A stretch of 59,448 nucleotides of DNA, filler included, from Sphacelaria rigidula (GCA_964200075.2; 5 parts of 5 records of this genome joined end to end with filler, not necessarily neighbours in it), one strand, 5' to 3'; shown: positions 11,463 to 23,722, numbered from the whole stretch's first letter. The notes: generated by a model from the letters alone, not told the origin. Translations and numbers: made by a program.

Positions 11463-11812
11463 CTCTTGTGGATAATGATCAGTTAATGTGCGACACACCA
11501 ATCAATCAATCATGGGCAGGTCAGGTGGGGGTATACCCGATATTGTGGTATTTGGACAAGGGGGGATCCGACCCATGCCCACAACAGCAGCGGCCAGCCC
11601 AGCGCTGTTATTCCCCTCTCTAAAGCCCCCATGAGTAATTGTGACTGACTTGGGCAAGTGACGTCACCTTTTCAAAATACCAAAATAGTGGATATACTCT
11701 ATCCGATCTGCCCTTGCAATCAATCGATTGGTCGGTCGATCAATTCAATCATGCACGATTAGGACGAATCATCACGACTCAAGATCACCAAATTCACGAT
11801 TTCTTCGGCCTG

Positions 11813-11912
11813 NNNNNNNNNNNNNNNNNNNNNNNNNNNNNNNNNNNNNNNNNNNNTTAATTAATTAANNNNNNNNNNNNNNNNNNNNNNNNNNNNNNNN
11901 NNNNNNNNNNNN
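11813..11912. other. Artificial scaffold linker N44-TTAATTAATTAA-N44
   Basis: 100-bp spacer with a core that gives stop codons in all six frames. Identical at four positions about 11.91 kb apart. Confidence 0.97.
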
Positions 11913-12290
11913 TTTTCTATACCTACCGTACCCGCCCAATCCAGTATTTTCGAATGCGATACCTGCGATACCTACGATACCACGGTATTTCGAGATTTCA
12001 ATACCTACCGTACCCGCCCTACCCGGTATTTTCAAACGTCATACCTACGATACCTGCGATACCAGGATATTTCGAGATTTCAATACCTACCGTACCCGCC
12101 CTACCCGGTATTTTGAAATGTCACTCCCACGATACCTACGATATCAGGGTATTTCGAGATTTCAATACCTACCGTACCCGCCCAATCCGGTATTTTCAAA
12201 ACTCATACCTGCGATACCTACGCATACCACGGTATGGGATACCTCGGTAAATACCGCGGGTACGCTCGGTACGGTACCTTACCTACGGTG
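11913..12290. repeat. 82-bp tandem repeat, about four units, at scaffold start
   Basis: atacctaccgtacccgccc starts at 11919, 12001, 12083 and 12165. A loosely related ggtacggta/ggtat-rich motif lies at ~37150-37225. Confidence 0.92.
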
Positions 12291-12814
12291 CCTGTGAAAT
12301 AATTGCGCGAACGAACGGGTCAAACATTACGCGTACGCGTGCGCGTGTGCTCTCTCCGTCCTTCAGACAAAAATCGAAGATAGGAAAAAACGAAAGGCTT
12401 ACGTCGATTCCGTCCTACTTCTCCTCCTTAAGAACGCACTTCCGATAACAGAAGAAATGGTCGACGCCAACGTTCACCTTCTGTTTATCAACATGTGTCT
12501 CCTTGGGTAGTACCCTCTTTCCGTTCCGGTCAACTCCCACGATCTTCTGCTGTGTCTTGCTTTCAGTCTTCATTATTTGTCATGATAATAAGCAAGAGTT
12601 TATGTTTAGCAGTAATGTCTGTGTTTTTCTTAGAGCTATTCGTGAATGTGCTGAGATGTTGCCAGAGTCAATAGACGTCCTCGGTTGAGCTTTCTTCGTA
12701 CATCTTCATGTGCGGTCCCCGGATATTTGGATTGCACAGTAAGCCCCACATATTTGGGCTCCTACAAAAAAGTGACCCAGAAACAAAAAGTGCGACCCCT
12801 ATCGTAGCGTGGCT

Positions 12815-12863
12815 CACCGGCGTCCAGAATAGAAGGGACGACAACACACACACACACACACAC
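12815..12863 (+). mobile_element. Isolated 3' end of SINE-like family B with (CA)n tail
   Basis: accggcgtccagaatagaagggacgacaacacacacac matches accggcgtccagaataaatgggacgacaacgcacac at 25637-25672. Confidence 0.75.
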
Positions 12864-14691
12864 ATCAGACGTTTTTCTCGCGGAGAGTATTCGTCCATGT
12901 GGTCCGTCATAGCCATAGTAAATGACGTCGCGTCCTTTTTTCTTACCCGAGTACTATAGCTTTTTCCGTGAAATGCCAAATGTTGTATGGTTATATGTTG
13001 GAGCGAATTTCAACCAACAGTTGTACATAGAGATGTTGCTCTTTCGTGAGCGAAATATCAACTTATGAGCAAACCCCTACTTTTGGAGAACGAATCCATT
13101 TTTTTCTCCATGTTTCAGCTTTTTTTAAACATCAGCACGCATTGCCTGTGACACCTTCGGGTCTTCCGCGTTCGTCACACTTTTAATACGTGGAATAAAA
13201 TTCATTGTGTTCCATCCACCATTCCGCGCTCTCAACGTTCGCGTTCCTTACTATCCATCATGCCACACCCATGCCAGATCTTCCTTCTTCTACTCATCAC
13301 ATATAGCACAGTTTCATAACCAATACCCACGTCAAATCTCTGGCTCAACCTCTTGGTAGGAGTCATTACCTTTACTATTTCCTGATTTTAATTAGTTCCT
13401 TTCCCCGCCCATCGTGGAGTCCGATCCTTGTAGATATATGCATTCACGTGACTTGCGTCTCATAACCGGTCAGGGTTTCTCTAGCTCGAAAGCCTACGCA
13501 TATGCCCATAATCCACAAGTTCATGTCAAAAGGCGTTTCATATTTTCAATCAACTGTTGTGAAGCCCGAACGTGCCGCAGGTCATCCGGGGTCGCATGCG
13601 GGAGGAGTCGCGGCCTAAGTAAGATTTGAACCGGGCCAGCCACAAGGTTGTAGCCACCGCACTGCATAGTAACGTCGGGCGTGTTTTGCCCTCAGTTTGG
13701 CAGTGTGCGGATGCACTGCCTTGCTGTACTCTGCAGGGATGTTTAATTGGCGTTTGTGCTTACCCTCGCTGCTGGTGTCGTGCCATGTGTATCGCCGGGC
13801 TGTATGTACACTGCCCACCTCATCCTGATGGTTCACTGCTGTGCACCGTACACTACAGAGTAGAGTCAGACCCCGGTGTCGTAACAAGCTCTCGTCGGCC
13901 GTTTTCTTTCCAGCCGCGAATCACATGTGGTGGCTGCGGCTCCAAATACCACAGCTCCGGTGACTTCGACAGCATAACGCTCCCGCCCCTCGTCCTGGTC
14001 TTAAAAGAGGTGGCTGTGAGACGCGTGCAGTCGGGCTACAGATCTACATTATTATGCGCATATTTACCCGCAAAAGCGCCCGTGTCATTGGTTTTGGCGA
14101 CGGGACCTGTGAAATGCTCGTTTAGAACGCTTGTCATGAGAATAGCTACCCCGATAACCTCACCACCTCAAGTATTTTTGCGCCACTTTCCGGTACAGTT
14201 TCGTAAACCATAACATCGTGGAGGGAGAAATAATAGTTGACGAAGTTCTTAGCTGGTCAGCCGACTCACTCTCGGGGCTGATGCCACGACGTAAATCTAT
14301 TGTAGTATTGCTCCACCCTGTGGTTCGGGAGCCGTGTTTACAGTATTTGACAATTCTGAGTGACTCTGGGTCGGACATGCCTGCCTCTCGGTACCTGCTG
14401 AGTTGTCGTTTTCTCCGAGAAAATGTCACATGCGGCAAAACCTAACATCACTGTGCAAATGTCAGATGCAAAACTCCGATCCAAAGAACCAAGTACTGCG
14501 CTCGATTCCACGCTTCGTTCGTTGCCCTTAATTCTTTATGCTTCATTCTAGCGCGCACCGCAAGAAGTGGGTGGAAAGGGCTCCCGTGGGGGGTGGGGGC
14601 GGCGGGTATTAAAACCAACAATCTGATTCGCCCTCGGCCGTAATACAGAAAGAGAGTATCCCACGAGGGGGAGCGAAAGGGCAATACATCC

Positions 14692-17600
14692 ATGGCTTCA
14701 ATTCGAATTAGCGATAGCCAATGCGCGGCCTGCAGCGCACGTGCCACCCACAGGTCCTACAACGGGCACTATGCCTGTGATGACCACGGGGAAGCGGAGG
14801 TTGTTGAGCTCATTGAAACCGCCGGGAGTGGCGGAGCCCACGACGCCGGCTATTCCTCGGAGGAAATACAAGTGACTCACGAAACGGAAGCTGCTGTGGT
14901 GAGAAGACCGCAACACTTGGCTCTGGTGCGCAGGAGAAGGAGGAGGAAAAAGACCCGTGACGCTGGCGGTGCACAACCCGGTTCCAGCCAGCCTACGGCC
15001 TTCACCGATGCCGTTGAACAATCCTCTTGTGACCGCGGAGATGGCAGCGGCGGCGGCAGCGGCGGCGGCAGCAGCAGTAAAAGAGCGGATGAGGAGGAGA
15101 GCCCCTCCTTGTTGAGCTCCTTCGATTCCTTCTCACTCGTGCCGAGTGCCTTCGATACTCCCCCATCGATGGGTTTACCAAGCGAGTCGCCGTCGAGAGG
15201 CTCCTCAAGTGGTGGCACCACTTCAGCGAGCACCACAGCCAACGCTGCTTCTCATTTTTCGTCGGGTGGGTCTTCGTCGAGTGCCACCGTCCCAGTAATG
15301 TCACCACCATCGCCTAGACGGTGCAGGAGCAACTCGCCGACGTCTCCGTCAACCACCCAACCATCGTGTTCGAACAACACCGCAGTCCGTACGCGGAGAA
15401 CTAGCTCGCAGAAACCTTGCATGCGCGGCACCGGTTCGCGGGGATCTAAGGAAACCCGTTCTCAGAAATCCGGTTCGCTGAAATCTCGTGGAAAGAAGCC
15501 CGGTCCGTCGGAAACCAGCGTGCAGACACCCAATTCCACGGCGGTCAGGAGGATCAGCCTGGATCGACGCGGTGCGAGTGAGGGCGACGTGTCGGACGGC
15601 GGCTCTTGCCGAATCAGCCGTGCAGCCTCTCGCGAGGGTGCACCTGTCCAGGGTAGGAGGAAGACTGCCTCTGGCACTACGGCCGGTAGACTATCTTCCG
15701 GCAAAAAAAACACGAGTGGCGATAGTCGCGAGTCTAGCGTTGCTCACCCAACTACTTCGCCGGTTACGCCCGTTGTTACACCTAATTCTTCTTCTCTGCC
15801 GTCGGACGATTCGCTGTCGGATAGGGGGCGTGTGTCGTCGTCGGGCAAGGCTCATAATGGCCGAAAGTCACAACCCTCGCGGCGGAGCGCCGTTGGCGCT
15901 GGCTCGATCGCCGCCGACGTTCCATCAAGAAGAAGCAAAAGCATTCCTCCTGCGCGGAAGGGGTCGCCGTTGTCATCGCCACCCATTCGTCAAGCATCAT
16001 TATCAAGCGCTGCAACTGCAAGCCCGAGCGTGCGGCGCATGTTCAAGACCATAAAACACAGTAGCGAGGTAGCGGGCATCAGCAAGGGGATCACTAGTCA
16101 CGCTGCCGTCGCCTGCCCACCGCCCAGACGAAGTAGTAGCGTTGATTCCACGCGGAAGGCCTCACCGGCTCCGATACCAAAGAACCGTATTCCACTCCCG
16201 CCACCGCCCCGACCACCATCGTCGTCGAAGCAAAAGCCCCCAGACGGTTCTTCCCATAGACGCGCATCCACGGTTGGAACCTCCAATAGTGTGACCCCAA
16301 GCTCGAATCTGTGCATTCTGGACAAGACCACCAACGGTGGCGGTGGTGTGGACATCACGAAGGGCAACGTCCAGGATGGTGGCTTCACCTCTCCGAGCTC
16401 CTCGGGTCTCACGCCCGCTTTATCATCCGATTTCCCTGATTCATCGTCGAATGGTTCATTGTCGGGGAATGGTCGTGTTTTGTCCGGCAGAGGCAGTGAT
16501 GCCAGCGTATCGAAAGCTGCGCGGCGGAGTGACGCCACCTCGGCCACCGCCACACCCGCGGACACTTGCCCACCGCACAGACGAAGCAGCAGCGCTGATT
16601 CCACGCGGAAGGCCTCACCAGCTTCGACGCCAACGAAGCGCACTCCGTCCCCGCTACCGCCCCGACCATCATCGTCGTCGAAGCAGAAACCTCCAGACGG
16701 TTCTTCCGGGAGAAGCGCATCCACGGTTGGAAACTCCAACAGTGTGACCCAAAGCTCGAACCTGTGCATCATCGACGTAACCACCGATAGCGACAGTGGT
16801 GCGGGCATTATTACGGGCAGCACTAGCCACACTGGTAGCTTAGACTCTCCGGGATGTTCGTGTGTTGCGCCCGCTTTTTCATTCGGTTGCCCTACTCCAT
16901 CGTCGAATGCTTCGTTGTCGGCGAGAGACCGTGTTTCGTCCGGCAGAGGCAGTGACAGCAAATCGAAAACTGCGCGGCGGCGCGACGCCGCCTCAGCCAC
17001 CGCCGCACCTGCCGTCGCTTGCCCGCCGCCCAGACGAAGCGGTAGCGCTGATTCCCCACAGGAGGTCTCACCCGCTCCGACGTCATGGAAGTGTACTCCA
17101 CTCTCGCCACCGCCCCGACCACCATCGTCGTCGGAGCGAAAATCGCCATACGGTTCTTCCCAGAGAAGCGCATCCACGGTTGGGAACTCCAACAGTGTGA
17201 CCCTCAGCTCGAATCTGTGCATCATCGACATGACCACCGACAGAGGCAGTGCTGCAGGCATTAACGCGAGGAGAGCTAGCCATAGTGGTGGCATAGATTC
17301 CCCGGGATTTTCGGGTGTTGCGCCCCCCTCATCATCCGATGGCCCTGCTTCATCGTCGAATGGTTCGTTGTCGGGGAGTGGCCGTGCTATGTCCGGCAGA
17401 GGCAGTGATGGCAGTGCATCGAAAGCTGCGGGGCGGAGCCACGCCGCCTCGGCCACCGCCATGCCTGCTGTCACTTGCCCGCCGCCCAGACGAATCAGTA
17501 GCGCTGATTCCACGCGGAAGGTCTCACCGGCTCCGACCCCAACGAAGCGCACTCCGTCCCCGCTACCGCCCCGACCACCATCGTCGTCGACGCAAAAGCC

Positions 17601-20600
17601 CGCAGACCGTTCTTCCCGAAGAGGCGCATCCATGGTTGGAACCTCCAACAGTGTGACCCAAAGCTCGAACCTGTGCAGCATAGCTACAACCACCAAGAGC
17701 AAGGATGAAGGTGGGGACATCAACACCGCGGGTACTGGTCAGGATGGTAGCTCTACTTCCCGGAGCTCTCGAGCTCTTACGGCTGCCGTTTCGTCGGGTT
17801 CTTCTTCATCACCGGTTGTGTCACGTAGTGGGACGAAGTCGTTCTGCAGAGGTAGTGATGACGGTGCATCAAAAGCTTCACGGAAAACGGTCGGCATCAA
17901 CTCCCCCCCCTCTCTTCCTGCCGCTGCCGCTACGACGACACAAGGTAAGAACGCTACTCCCAGGCGGGCGGTGCCCTCGTCGGCAGCGGTTGCTGTTGTG
18001 CCTGGTGTTTCATCGCCATCACCATCGCCATCACCGTCGCCTTCCTCAAAGAAAGAGACTCAATCATCACGACCATCCTCTTCATCTTCCTCGACACAAG
18101 CGTCTTCATCCACAATGGAGCGAAGCTCCGCCCGGAGCCAGAAATCTTCGGTAGATGGTTCTTCGTCCAGCGTTGGGAACTCGAGCGCTGTGTTTCCAAA
18201 GTCGAGCCGGGGCGTTGATGAGACCATCGGTCGCGGCCGCGGGAGTACGAGCCGCATGACGGGGAACAATGGTCAGAAGGGTACTGTTGCTGCTTCCAGC
18301 TCTTCGCCTGTTGCATCCGCTGTGGCATCAGACTCCTCTTCTCCATCGTCGAAAGGCTCGCTGCCGTGGAGGGGGAGCGTATCGTCAAGCCAACATCATG
18401 ATGGCGATGCATCGAAAGACTCACGGCGGAGGGTTGTCGCCATCGCCCCCACCGCTGCCACTGCTCGGTTGAGGCGAAGCAAGCGCGCTGGGCATGCGCG
18501 GAAGGCTTTGACTCCGCCGGCGCCGAAGAAGCGCGCTCTATCGCCGTCAAGATCATCATCAACTCCGTCGAATAAGTCTTCACGACGAAACGTTTCATCA
18601 CAAGATGTGGGCACCACCCCGAAGCCGAAATCTGTGACACCATGCCCGAACCGACAAATCGTTGACACGTTTACCGAGCGCGTTGACGACCAGGGTGCGA
18701 ATGCGGATGACAACGGAGGCGGCGGGAGTTCCGTGGTCGCCCGCAAAGCCGGGGACACGAGCGGGGGGGGTGGAGGCCCTTTAGGTTCGAAGGGGAAGCG
18801 AGCACGGAATAGCGGCAGCGTCAGCAGTAGCAGCAGTGCTTGCGACATCCGCTCGGTATCCGCGGCTTCAGTTGCGGGATCGAATGGCGCAGCGAAGGGG
18901 GGCCCGCCTTCGACCGGCGGGAGTCTGAACAGCAACAACTCGTTGGACAACGCCGAAGCAGCATCATCTCTGAAGCGATCTCGGGGGCGCCCTCGGAAGT
19001 ATCCAAGCCCCCCCGCCGATTCGCGATTTGCATCTACTGCATCTGCCTCGTCGTTGCCAAGTGTACGTAAGTTAGCGGTGACTACGGTGACTACGGTGTC
19101 TCGTTCGGGAACGACGGAGGGTGTGAGCGTCGGCGACTTGCATAATGTTCCAGATACGTTGTATGATGATGTCGGTGGCGCTGTTTCGCCGGTGCAGCCG
19201 GAGCTTGTCGAAGAAATATCGAGAGATCAGCCGATAGTGGGTAAGATGAGAAGAAATGGTATTGGTCGACGTGAAAGCGTGGATCAGAATAGTGCTTCGT
19301 GTGATGATGACTCTTTGTCGCCGCTACAACCGCAGCAACAACTCCTCAAAGGGAAAGCTGCTCCCTCAAGCGTGACGGCAACAGGAACGGCACAGGGCAA
19401 GGATGTACGTGGCAGATTCGATCAGCGTCGTGGTACAGATACCTCTGTCGTCAAGATTCAAATCCTAGACGTTTCTGATTTTCTTGAAGATATGCCGAGC
19501 AAGACAACAACGACGCAGATCACGACGACAGAAGTCCCTTCAGGTTCACCGATGACATCATCATCAACGAGTGCGTCGTCGCCATCACCAGCTCCAACCA
19601 CCACAGCAACAGCCACCAAACAGGTGGCATCAGTGGTGCAAACGCGGCAAGGGCGAGGAACTACCGTCCAAGAAAGAGGCGGAGCTCTCATGATGGGACA
19701 TGCAGCGGGTGTGACTGGCAACAACTCCGGAAGCAGCACTCTTACAAGGGGGGACCCGACACAGAGCGCTGGCGCCACTAGCGCAAACGTGACCTCTACA
19801 ACCATTGGTAGGCGAAAAAACCAACGGCGTTTAAGTGGGGGCGGTGCAGCCGCAGCCCCTGCGTCGGCAGGAGAAAGGAAGGCGAAGAGACTGAAAGTTA
19901 TTGGGGGGGACGAGATCAGATCGCCTTCGATGAACACGCGATCCAGCGGCGGCGATGTTGGAGCAGCAGTGAGACTTGCAGGGGAAGTGTGCTCGGACGA
20001 ATTTGGCGCCGAGATGGATGGAGGTGGGCGGTGTCTGATGGTGGCGGCGGCGCACGTGCGCGACGGTTCGAGCAAGGGTAAAGGCAAGTCCCGGATGACG
20101 ACGAGAGCGCAAGAGGCGGTCTGCACCTATTGCCACGCCTCGATCATCCTGAAACGCACGGGGCATACCAAGAACGGGTTTAATTGGTGCAACCAGTGTT
20201 TGAAAGGCAAGGCCACGTGTGTCGGCTGTTTTGAGGAAGATCTGCGCTACCGAATGGCCCGCTGTTATGAGGATCACGCCTGGTGCGAGACTTGTCTGTC
20301 TCGACACCTCAAGCTGAAGGTCGATAGTGGAGAGACGGTGAGTAAAGTTTTATGGTTTTTGCCCTCATATTTTGAGGAAGGCGATACTGACGGGTAGGTT
20401 AAGCCTCAGGGTTAGTGTTGGGAAGGCCTCCACAGTATGTGTGTGACGCACAGTTGCACTCGGTGTGAACTAGCACTGCAGTTGCTATTCGCTCTCTCCA
20501 GGGCCGATGTAGGATGGACATGCTGTTCTCCCGTAATGGGGTTGATGTGGTTACTTTTATTCCTTGGATTATCTGTTGCCTCGATGACTATACTTTTGTT

Positions 20601-21497
20601 GGGCGGTGTGTGCATTTTGGCGGTATTCAAGCGTTTATTGTCGTTTATGGTCGTTGTATGTATTTAGCCTCATGCGCCTTCTTTCTCCCTTGTGTCTGAC
20701 CGGCAGGTATATTATGATACCATCCCGTGTACACCGGAGTGCGGCTATCTTCGCGGGTTGTCGGTGCCACTCCTCATTGGAAACTTGCTCAGTAGGAGGA
20801 TAGAGCAGAGACAGGCATGTATCTTGGATGCAGGGTGCACTACTACATTCAATTTTACTCCCCGCATGTATTTTCTATCTAGTCCGCTGAATTCGTTGAC
20901 TTTCAGTATGTGCTTTGTTTGGCTCTGTGGTAAGTGCCGCAAGAGTAAAATACGCTTATTCTCATTGTAGCGTACAAAAGTTCCAGTATTTGTCGGCAAG
21001 GCAAAAGTGCCTCTAATAGCAATGGCGCCCACACGTCGTGACATCAGGATTCATTGGGTGTTTTCATTGCTGGTTCTGCCCGTTTCCCGACGTACACAGT
21101 ACAGTCATCCGCGCACGCCAAGATAGAGTTTCCCTCGCGCCCGATTATGTAATGTAGGGGGCGCGATCGATTGTCTGGTAGGTGGTGCGTCATACGGCAC
21201 TGTGATTGTCTGGCAGGCGGTGCCGTGTAAACTTGCCGCCACTGTGATTGTTGTAATGGCTTCATCTTGCAGGTAAATGTGGCCTTGCTAGTGGCTGGGG
21301 AGCGGGACAAACCATCCCAGAAGCTGATCAGCAAGAGTACGAAGGCCTGCCCCGGATGCTCGGTTCCAATCGAGAAACGCTCCGGGTGCGACCACATCAA
21401 GTGCCCGTACTGTCATCACCAGTTCTGGTTCAAGTGCAACTGCCCGTACAACCCGAAGAGACCGGGCCATTCGCAACAGTGCAACCAGGGTTTTTGA
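14692..21497 (+). CDS. RBR-type (Ariadne-like) E3 ubiquitin ligase-like protein, ~1992 aa, with a giant Ser/Pro-rich N-terminus. Exons 14692-20337, 20707-20814, 21273-21497
   Basis: 1882-codon first exon ends at ACG|GTGAGT. Exon 2 (cggcAG|GTA...CAG|GCATGT) completes RING1: CVGC...RCYEDHAWCETC...IPCTPEC. Exon 3 (cttgcAG|GTA) encodes a RING2/Rcat: TKACPGCSVPIEKRSGCDHIKCPYC. All junctions are phase 0. Confidence 0.8.
16100..17900 (+). repeat. Four in-frame coding tandem repeats of 453-456 bp (151-152 aa)
   Basis: The Cys codon of CPP(P/H)RRS/I falls at 16114, 16567, 17020 and 17476. Each unit has ASxVGxSNSVTxSSNLC. Degenerate units lie on both sides. Confidence 0.95.
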
Positions 21498-21808
21498 TTC
21501 GATGCACGGTTCCCGATCGTGGTGTGATGTACAATTTGGAGGGGTCGGTTTGTGGTGAAATAGGCAAACTTCGTAGCCGAGAGGAAGCTTTTGTTGCTGT
21601 GTTTTGGGCTGTTTGCAATACTTGGAGGCATCTTGCACGCCTCCGTGTAATACAGCTTGTATTTTTGTGTATTCTCGCGGCTGCGGCCGAAGTCATTGTT
21701 CGTTTAGGAAGACCCAGGTCCAGCAAAGGCGCAATTGTGTGAACGCCCCCAACATGCCGGGCCGAGCGCAGCCGTGCGGCAAGGTATTTCCCAGTAAACG
21801 GTTGGCGA

Positions 21809-21872
21809 GGTGTATTCATGATGTTGAATGCCGCACTCATACGACCATTGACCTCGCTCCCTACAAAGCTGG
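21809..21872 (+). repeat. Dispersed repeat shared with the end of scaffold 5
   Basis: gaccattgacctcgctccctacaaagctgg matches gaccattgacctcgcatccctacaaagccgg at the window end (~59418-59448). Confidence 0.75.
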
Positions 21873-23418
21873 GACGGAGTAGCGCCGTGGTGTGTTCGGC
21901 GAGTCGCATGAAGGGTGAGCTACATCCTACTAAGATTGTTCGGCCCGAAGCTTACGGATTATGTTGCATTTGGATGACAGCCTCCAATGAGGTGCTTCAC
22001 TTTGTGATGTCGCTACTTCCCGAGACGGCCACGGCTTACACACTGCCTAATGGGTGCCTCACCTTGTAAGCACCACGTACTATGGCCATCCCCTCTGCTC
22101 GGACTCGAGGTTCTCCCACTCCGCACAATATGATCTAGCTCGGCCACCATTATGTTCACCGCAAAAAAGACGCAAGCGCGCAAAAAAGATCGGTAACCTG
22201 GGTGCCTAGCTTACGCAGTGAGTGGGGTGTGTTACAGTCATTGCCAACCAACGCCAACCGCACAGGGGCCGTCCCTAGAAAGCATGGAGGGAGCACACCG
22301 GGGTCTCGCCGGACCAGGCTACGGTGTCTGGGGGGGGGGGGGGGTGGGGGCGTATTGCTGTGACGCGGTTCTCGGTTCGGATTGTTCTGGGAGTGTGAAG
22401 CTGCCCATTTTTCTCGTGCGTGTGTGTCGTGCTATGGTTTGGCTACTTCAAATTCTGACAGTTTGCTTGATCTGGTGTCTGGTGAAGTTTGCACCGTTTT
22501 GCATGAAATATTTACATGGAAACATGATGTACATGATGTAATTTTATTTTGTTTGATTCTGTGTTGTTCGGTTCGTTGCAATCTGATGTGTTTCGTTTAC
22601 TTCTGTTTTGTTCACAGCTGGGTTGTGCACGCGTTCTTAGTTGATGTCTCTCAAGGTTTAGTTGACTCCTTTGTGTCTCAACTGTTGATATATCGATGGT
22701 AGGTTCGCCCCACGAGCTGTCACTAGGACAGATAGCTTACTACACCTGTAGTCTCCGCCGTGCGCGCCCAGCGTCCAAGGACTTTCTGTACACCATTTGC
22801 GGGGCAGAGGCGGGGGAGGGCGGGAGGCTGCTTCAGCTACACAGGACTAAAGGGTTTCTTTAGATTGTGTGCTTGACTCATTTTCGGTATAGAACACTTG
22901 AGTATCAGAAGACATTTCCGATCAGCATGGGTTTGTTTTGTGGTCGTATTTCGAGAAGAACATTGCTATTTAGTCACGTGGATTTCTTCGGAATCAATCT
23001 CCCTCGTAAAGGACGGCGTGCAACTGGCTGACGTTTTTGACCGCACGTAAATATGCATCAGTCCTCAGGAAGGGTATGCTTTCATAACTTGTCTGGACCC
23101 GCCCCTTCGCTTTCACAGACTTCGCGCACCAAACAGTGTGCTTCCTGCTGACGAGCCGGCCAAGTATCGTGCTAAGCCAACACAGACACGAGCGACCAAG
23201 ATAGCATAATCATCCCAGCACACGTGATGAACATCCGTGACCCCGTCGGGACCCATCGTGATGAACCGCTCCTCGTATAACGTGCAAATCGAGTCACGAT
23301 TTCGTCACCAGTTCTTGCTCTATGATATTTTCGGTAAGATTTGAAGGAAATTTGGCATTCCGGGTGGAATCACTGCACAGCGGCCAGTCAGCTGTCACGC
23401 ATGCCAACTACTCGTACC

Positions 23419-23559
23419 ATATAAACTTGAACCCTTTTGGAACCCATTGACGAACTTAATTTTTTGTATCGGCATCATTTTCAGTCATTTTCAAGTCAAA
23501 GTGATGCCAACTCACAAAAACAAAAATCGTCAATGAGTTTCAAAAGGATTAACGTATAT
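23419..23559. repeat. AT-rich foldback (imperfect palindrome, ~140 bp, short loop)
   Basis: atataaacttgaacccttttggaacccattgacga...ggcatcatttt pairs with aaagtgatgcc...tcgtcaatgagtttcaaaaggattaacgtatat. Confidence 0.7.
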
Positions 23560-23722
23560 CTCTAACGTTGGGCTATCCATCCAGAATCAGTCTTTATTGT
23601 GCGTCACCCAACATATATCGCAACGATGGATCGAATCGGCAACCTGCACACATCGGATATACGTTTAACAACAAATTGTGCGAATTGAGGCTTAACTTTG
23701 AGATGAGGTTCAAGCCTAAAAC

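Noticed and set aside
11857-11868. Periodic TTAATTAATTAA palindrome (PacI site) as a biological repeat
   Set aside because: Always centred in exactly 44+44 Ns. It is a synthetic spacer.
11913-12290. 82-bp array as a CRISPR-like repeat-spacer array
   Set aside because: The intervening parts are homologous to each other rather than unique spacers. There are no cas genes and the context is eukaryotic.
16098-17726. 542-aa antisense ORF
   Set aside because: Shadow frame of the GC-rich Ser/Pro repeat exon. Repetition propagates the lack of stops and there is no independent domain signal.
20338-20397. C-terminus of the 1901-aa ORF as given in the ORF track (VSKVLWFL...)
   Set aside because: Read-through into an intron after a GTGAGT donor. 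RING1 is only completed by exon 2.
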